Assembly (NCBI GenBank): GCA_050330635.1
Contig: JBHJNQ010000015.1
Coordinates: 93,162 to 157,161 of the forward strand
Reading direction: 5' to 3'
Length of the DNA: 64,000 nucleotides
Source: Acidimicrobiales bacterium
Lineage (GTDB): Bacteria; Actinomycetota; Acidimicrobiia; Acidimicrobiales; SZUA-35
The notes under the pieces are model-generated. The model made no database searches. It saw nothing but the letters and a program-made list of their open reading frames with translations, and was not told the origin of the DNA. Shown piece after piece: positions 59,381 through 64,000 of this stretch. A program made the position numbers and the translations under genes. The stretch's first letter is position 1. Each line of letters begins with the position of its first letter.

Positions 59381-61102
59381 ATGAGCAACCAGACCACGAC
59401 CAGCACCGCAGGGGGAACCGGCACCGGCCACGAGCCGATGACCATCGAGCGGCTCGGACGCCGCGACCCGTCCTGGCCCGAGGCGGTCGAGATCTTCGAC
59501 ACCACGCTCCGCGACGGCTCCCAGTTCGAGGGCATCGCCCTCACCGCCGACGACAAGCTCCGTATCGCCGAGCAGCTCGACCTGCTCGGTGTCCACTACA
59601 TCGAGGGTGGCTGGCCCGGGGCCAATCCCCGCGACGACGAGTTCTTCCGGCGGGCCGCCGCCGGGCAGCTACGGCTCACCACCTCCACCCTGGTGGCGTT
59701 CGGTTCCACCCGTCGGCCCAAGGGCAAGGTCGATGCCGACGAGACCCTGGCCAACCTGCTGGCGGCCCGCACGCCGGTGTGCTGCATCGTGGCCAAGTCG
59801 TGGGACTACCATGTGCTCGAGGCCCTGCGCACCACCCTCGACGAGGGGGTGGCCATGATCGCCGACTCCGTACGCTTCCTCGTCGCCGAGGGCCGGCGGG
59901 TGTTCGTCGATTTCGAACACTTCTTCGACGGCTACCAGCGCAACCCCGAGTTCACGCTGCGCTGCCTCGAGGCGGCGGCGGTGGCGGGGGCCGAAGCCCT
60001 CGTCCTGTGCGACACCAACGGGGGCTCCCTGCCCCACGAGGTCGAGGGCGCGACCCGGGCCGCGGTGGCGATGTTCCCCGAGCTGGTGGTGGGGATGCAC
60101 ACCCAGAACGACACCGGATGCGCCGTGGCCAACGCAGTGGCCGGCGTGCGGGCCGGATCGACTCACGTCCAGGGAACCATCAACGGCTACGGGGAGCGGA
60201 CCGGCAACTGCGATCTGACCTCCTTCATCCCCAACCTCACGCTGAAGATGGGGATCCGCACCCTCCCGGACGGGGGGATGGCCCAGCTCACGGCCGTCAG
60301 CAACCACGTGGCCGAGCTGGTCAACCTGCCCCCGATCCCGTCGCAGCCCTATGTGGGCCAGTCGGCCTTCGCCCACAAGGCCGGACTCCACACCTCCGCC
60401 ATCGCCCGCCGACCCGACGCCTACGAGCATGTCGACCCCGCCCTCGTCGGCAACGGCACCCGGTTCCTGGTCTCCGACCTCTCGGGTCGGGCCACGATCG
60501 AGCTGAAGGCCAAGGAGCTCGGCATCGAGCTCGATGGTCCCCAGATGATGGTCGTGCTCGACGAGCTGAAGGAACTGGAGCACGCCGGCTACCACTTCGA
60601 GGCGGCCGATGCCTCACTCGAGCTGCTGATGCGGCGGGCCACCGGCTGGCGCAACGAGCTGTTCGAGCTCGAGTCGTTCCGGGTGATGGTCGAGCACCGA
60701 CCCGGTCAGGCGTCGGCCCGGGACGAGAACCCGCTCGGCCACTACGACGGGGTGGAGACCGAGGCCACGATCAAGCTCCACGTCGGCGGCGACCGCATCG
60801 TCGCCACCGGCGAGGGGAACGGGCCCGTCAACGCCCTCGACGCCGCCTTCCGTCGCGCCGTCGGCGATCGCTACCCGATCCTGGAACGGGTTCGCCTCAC
60901 CGACTACAAGGTCCGCATCATCGACTCCGGCGGGGGCACCGGCGCCGTCACCCGGGTCTTGATCGACGCCACCGACGGCGAGCGCCACTGGAGCACCATC
61001 GGGGTCTCGGAGAACATCATCGAGGCGTCGTGGCAGGCCCTGTCCGACTCGGTCGTCTACGCCCTGTTGGCCCAGGCCGACGGAGCGGCTCAGCCGTCGT
61101 AG
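59381..61102 (+). CDS. cimA: citramalate synthase-type enzyme (LeuA-related alpha-isopropylmalate/homocitrate synthase family)
   Basis: IFDTTLRDGSQFEGIALT, IEGGWPGANPRD, LCDTNGG, HTQNDTGCAVANAVAGV, and a C-terminal LeuA-dimer/regulatory domain. The layout matches the CimA-type subfamily rather than the long actinobacterial LeuA. Confidence 0.8.
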   Translation: MSNQTTTSTAGGTGTGHEPMTIERLGRRDPSWPEAVEIFDTTLRDGSQFEGIALTADDKLRIAEQLDLLGVHYIEGGWPGANPRDDEFFRRAAAGQLRLTTSTLVAFGSTRRPKGKVDADETLANLLAARTPVCCIVAKSWDYHVLEALRTTLDEGVAMIADSVRFLVAEGRRVFVDFEHFFDGYQRNPEFTLRCLEAAAVAGAEALVLCDTNGGSLPHEVEGATRAAVAMFPELVVGMHTQNDTGCAVANAVAGVRAGSTHVQGTINGYGERTGNCDLTSFIPNLTLKMGIRTLPDGGMAQLTAVSNHVAELVNLPPIPSQPYVGQSAFAHKAGLHTSAIARRPDAYEHVDPALVGNGTRFLVSDLSGRATIELKAKELGIELDGPQMMVVLDELKELEHAGYHFEAADASLELLMRRATGWRNELFELESFRVMVEHRPGQASARDENPLGHYDGVETEATIKLHVGGDRIVATGEGNGPVNALDAAFRRAVGDRYPILERVRLTDYKVRIIDSGGGTGAVTRVLIDATDGERHWSTIGVSENIIEASWQALSDSVVYALLAQADGAAQPS

Positions 61103-61200
61103 CCGAGGCGTTCCAGCATCGAACCCATCTGATCGGGCACCCGGTCGAGCTTGTCCGGCTCGTCGCTGGTGAACGACACGCGGCCCTCGATGCCGGGGAG

Positions 61201-61290
61201 GGCGACGATGAGCCCCGTCCAGCGCGGCTCGGTGACGATGGGGCCGGGGCCGGCTACACCGGTAACGATGGGGCCGGGGCCGGTGGGGCA
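61201..61290. repeat. 30-bp periodic tandem repeat (GGYRACGATGRGSCC... x3; copies 2 and 3 share 23/24 nt)
   Basis: 61231..61254 is ggtgacgatggggccggggccgg and 61261..61284 is ggtaacgatggggccggggccgg. A degenerate copy lies at 61201. The repeat spans the stop codon (61254..61256) of the LLM gene. Confidence 0.85.
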
Positions 61291-62345
61291 GGGCTGGGTG
61301 AGGCGAGCAGCACCGGTAGCACCTCGTCGGTCAGCAGCCGGAACGACTCGTTGCTGAGCGGGGCCGCCATCAGGTACCGGAGGGGCAGCTCCGATGCCAG
61401 CCGTTGCAGCTCCTCGGTCACCCGCTCGGGCGTGCCCCACACGATGACGTCGTCGACGTAGCGGTCGACCGGGTCGACGTCGGGTCGGACGTCGATCGGT
61501 GCGTTCTCGGGAGGTTGGCCATCGCCGTCCGTACCGTCGTCGATCGTGCTCGGACCGCCAGTGGTGGGAGCGGTGCCGACATAGCTGCCGATCATCCAGC
61601 CGGCGCCCCGGCGGGCCACCGCCTCGGCCTCGGCGTCGGTGGGGGCGATGGCGAGGAGCCGGGCCATCGGGATGTCGTAGCCGATCGGATCATGGCCGGC
61701 GGCCACCATGTCGGCGGCCCAGATGGCCCGCTTCCGGGCGATCTCGGCGTGGGAGCTGTGGGGGTCCATGAGAATGGGGAACCCCTGGGCCGCCGACCAC
61801 CGGATCGCCTCGGGCGAGCTCACCGCCATCCACGTCGGCGGTCGGGGCCGTTGCACCGGCTTGGGCAGCAGCTCGACGTCGTGGAACGAGACGTGCTCAC
61901 CGTGGAACGACGCCCGATCCGAGCCCCACGCCGCCAGCACCGCCAGCACGTTCTCCCGGAACCGGGCCGCGCTCTCGTGCCCCTCCACCCCGAAGGCGGC
62001 GAACTCGGTCGAATCGAAGCCCCGGGCCGCCCCCCAGTTCAGGCGCCCGTTGCTCATCACGTCGAGAAAGGCCAGCTGCTCGGCCAGGTGGAGCGGATGG
62101 TGGAGACCGGCGAGGGTCCCCGCCGTGCCGATCCGGAGCCGGGAGGTCCGGGCCGCCACCTGGCTCCCCATCATGGTGACAGAGGGGCACACGCTGAACG
62201 AGTTGAAGTGGTGCTCGGCCAGCCACACCGCGTCGTAGCCGGTGCGGTCCATGATCTCGATCCGCTCCAGGGCCCGGGCGTAGACCTCCTCGATCGGGTT
62301 CCTACGGCCGGGCCAACTGAAGAACTGGAGCACTCCCACCTTCAT
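61254..62345 (-). CDS. luciferase-like (LLM class) flavin/F420-dependent oxidoreductase
   Basis: MKVGVLQFFSWPGRR...YDAVWLAEHHFN...; typical LLM TIM-barrel pattern. Pro/Ala-rich tail encoded by the repeat. Confidence 0.85.
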   Translation of the reverse strand: MKVGVLQFFSWPGRRNPIEEVYARALERIEIMDRTGYDAVWLAEHHFNSFSVCPSVTMMGSQVAARTSRLRIGTAGTLAGLHHPLHLAEQLAFLDVMSNGRLNWGAARGFDSTEFAAFGVEGHESAARFRENVLAVLAAWGSDRASFHGEHVSFHDVELLPKPVQRPRPPTWMAVSSPEAIRWSAAQGFPILMDPHSSHAEIARKRAIWAADMVAAGHDPIGYDIPMARLLAIAPTDAEAEAVARRGAGWMIGSYVGTAPTTGGPSTIDDGTDGDGQPPENAPIDVRPDVDPVDRYVDDVIVWGTPERVTEELQRLASELPLRYLMAAPLSNESFRLLTDEVLPVLLASPSPAPPAPAPSLPV

Positions 62346-62405
62346 GGGGCGATGCTAGGTCGACCGTCGCTCGCCGGTCGAAAGGCGGACCCGTCGATGT
62401 AGGGC

Positions 62406-62894
62406 TCAGCCGCCGGGCTTCCAGATCATGAGGATCAGGGCGATGACGAGGAGGATCTGGGTGCCGGCCTCGCCCACCATGAGTCGACGGGTGGCGGCCG
62501 TGGCCTCGGGGTCGTCGTCGAGGCGGGCGTCGGGGCTGAGGGCCTGGGCCCGTTCGCCGAGGGTTCGGACGGCGGGGCGCACCGCCCCGTGGGCCGCCCC
62601 CACCGTGAGGAACCACACGACGAAGCTGGCCGAGACCCAGGGGTCACCCAAGCCGAAGGTGTCGTCGCTGATGGCGACGAGCACGATGCCGAGCGGAAGT
62701 ACGGCGTAGATGGCGTAGTGGGCCAGGTTCGTCACGCTCCGCGTGGCCGACACGATGGCCTCGGCCGCCCCCGCCGGGCCCCGGAAGGCCCGGGCGTTGT
62801 AGGCACCGTGGGTGATGACGCCACCGAAACCGACGATCGTCGTTGCGATGTGCAGGAGCAGGACGATGCGGTAGAGCCACGAATCGATCCCCAT
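62406..62894 (-). CDS. integral membrane protein (DUF2269-like, hypothetical)
   Basis: 162 aa with 4 TM helices. ATG at 62894 within ORF 62406..63047. Confidence 0.6.
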   Translation of the reverse strand: MGIDSWLYRIVLLLHIATTIVGFGGVITHGAYNARAFRGPAGAAEAIVSATRSVTNLAHYAIYAVLPLGIVLVAISDDTFGLGDPWVSASFVVWFLTVGAAHGAVRPAVRTLGERAQALSPDARLDDDPEATAATRRLMVGEAGTQILLVIALILMIWKPGG

Positions 62895-63012
62895 GGGTGT
62901 GACCACTTCCTTTCTCGGCGGGGTGCCCGGGCACCGCCGGCTCCGGGGCCGGATCGGTCCGACGCCGGGCGCAGGAGCTGTCACGGACGGTGCGTAGGGT
63001 AGCCTCCACGGC

Positions 63013-63543
63013 GTGGCTGCTCCTGACTTCGTGCCGATCGATCCCACGCAACGGGTCCGCTCCTACTCGTCGCCGCCCCGCCGTGCCGACTCCTGGGTCG
63101 CCGACCGCCCCGGCGACCTCGAAGGCGCTCAGCCGACGGGCGCCCAACTCGGCAGCATCGGGCCCGACCAGGGCTACGCCTACCGACTCGTCGGCCACCT
63201 CGACGATCGGCTTCGGCTCGGTGACGTCGACCGCCACGACGCCGTCGCCGGTGGGGTCGCCGTCGCCATGAAGCGGGCGGCCCTGTTCGGTCGCGCCCCG
63301 GTGGTCCACGACCTCGTGGCCGCCTTCACCATCTTCGGGTTCCTCGACGACGACCCTCCGGCCGAGCTGGTCGCCCTCCGTCGCCGGCTGTTCGCCCAGG
63401 TCCACAGTAGCCACCACTATGTGGAGTGCCGGCAGCTGGTCGATCTTGTTCCTGCCGACGTGCTGCGGGCCACCCCGGAACGGATCGCGTCGATCTACGG
63501 CAGCGACTGGCGGGCCAACCTCGCTCTCGATCCCGGGGTCTGA
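63013..63543 (+). CDS. conserved hypothetical protein
   Basis: 176-aa high-GC3 ORF upstream of gltX. No recognisable motif. Confidence 0.5.
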   Translation: MAAPDFVPIDPTQRVRSYSSPPRRADSWVADRPGDLEGAQPTGAQLGSIGPDQGYAYRLVGHLDDRLRLGDVDRHDAVAGGVAVAMKRAALFGRAPVVHDLVAAFTIFGFLDDDPPAELVALRRRLFAQVHSSHHYVECRQLVDLVPADVLRATPERIASIYGSDWRANLALDPGV

Positions 63544-63612
63544 ACCGGGCGAACCCTCCCGTCGGGCGGTGGTGGACGGGCACCGTCACCGGGTCCGGTT
63601 AGCCTCTGAGTG

Positions 63613-64000
63613 GTGACGGTACGCGTTCGCTTCTCCCCGGCCCCCACCGGTTATCTCCACGTCGGCAGCGCCCGGTCGGCGCTCTTCAACTGGCTCTACG
63701 CCCGTCACACCGGTGGCCAGCTCGTGTTGCGCATCGAGGACACCGACGCCGACCGCAGCACCGACGAGCACATCAACGCCATCGTCGACAACCTCCGCTG
63801 GCTCGGCATCGACTGGGACGAGGAGTTCCGCCAGTCCGACCGGTTCGATCGCTACCGCCGGACCGCCGACGACCTCCTGGCCCGGGGCTTGGCCTACCGC
63901 TGCGACTGCACCCAGGAGGCGGTGAAGACGAGGGTCGAGGCCCGGGGCCAGTCCGGCGGCTACGACGGTCACTGCCGCCACCGCGACGTCGGGCCTGGCG
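63613..64000 (+). CDS. gltX: glutamate--tRNA ligase, 5' part (runs off the window)
   Basis: [29 protein letters not shown] (HIGH-type motif) and LRIEDTD. Confidence 0.9.
   Translation, partial: MTVRVRFSPAPTGYLHVGSARSALFNWLYARHTGGQLVLRIEDTDADRSTDEHINAIVDNLRWLGIDWDEEFRQSDRFDRYRRTADDLLARGLAYRCDCTQEAVKTRVEARGQSGGYDGHCRHRDVGPG

Overview
High-GC (about 70%) chromosomal segment that looks actinobacterial. Supporting signs are a mycothiol-type class III alcohol dehydrogenase, a PASTA Ser/Thr kinase, a DUF222/HNH gene, and the ilvBNC / serA / leuB / gltX / IclR-leuCD neighbourhood known from Mycobacterium and Corynebacterium.

Most of the window is core metabolism and housekeeping:
- Amino-acid genes: ilvB-ilvN-ilvC (with a leader-peptide attenuator), leuCD, leuB plus a citramalate-synthase-like gene, serA, metY, and an aspartate aminotransferase.
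- Housekeeping genes: greA, msrB, cyclophilin, hpt, glpD, and the 5' end of gltX.
- Also present: many alpha/beta hydrolases, crotonases, methyltransferases and secreted lipoproteins.

The first 9 kb looks accessory and decaying:
- A SARP regulator lacks its central part.
- Two tandem DUF1996 paralogs have broken reading frames.
- There is a sigma-70 region-2 fragment.
- An MBL-fold gene has lost its HxHxDH motif.
- A low-GC patch carries a 15-bp tandem array at the 5' end of a DUF222/HNH gene. That gene sits between mscR and its usual MBL partner.

I did not find a convincing self-contained novel multi-gene system such as a defence island, CRISPR array, prophage or biosynthetic cluster. The most unusual items are:
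- A kinase-pseudokinase-TM-PASTA protein.
- An orphan pseudokinase.
- A VOC-HPRT fusion.
- The interrupted mscR locus.
- The repeat arrays.
- Several homopolymer-associated frameshifts, which could be real or assembly errors.

No tRNA, rRNA or CRISPR was seen. All functional calls come from reading motifs in the translated ORFs; no database search was run.
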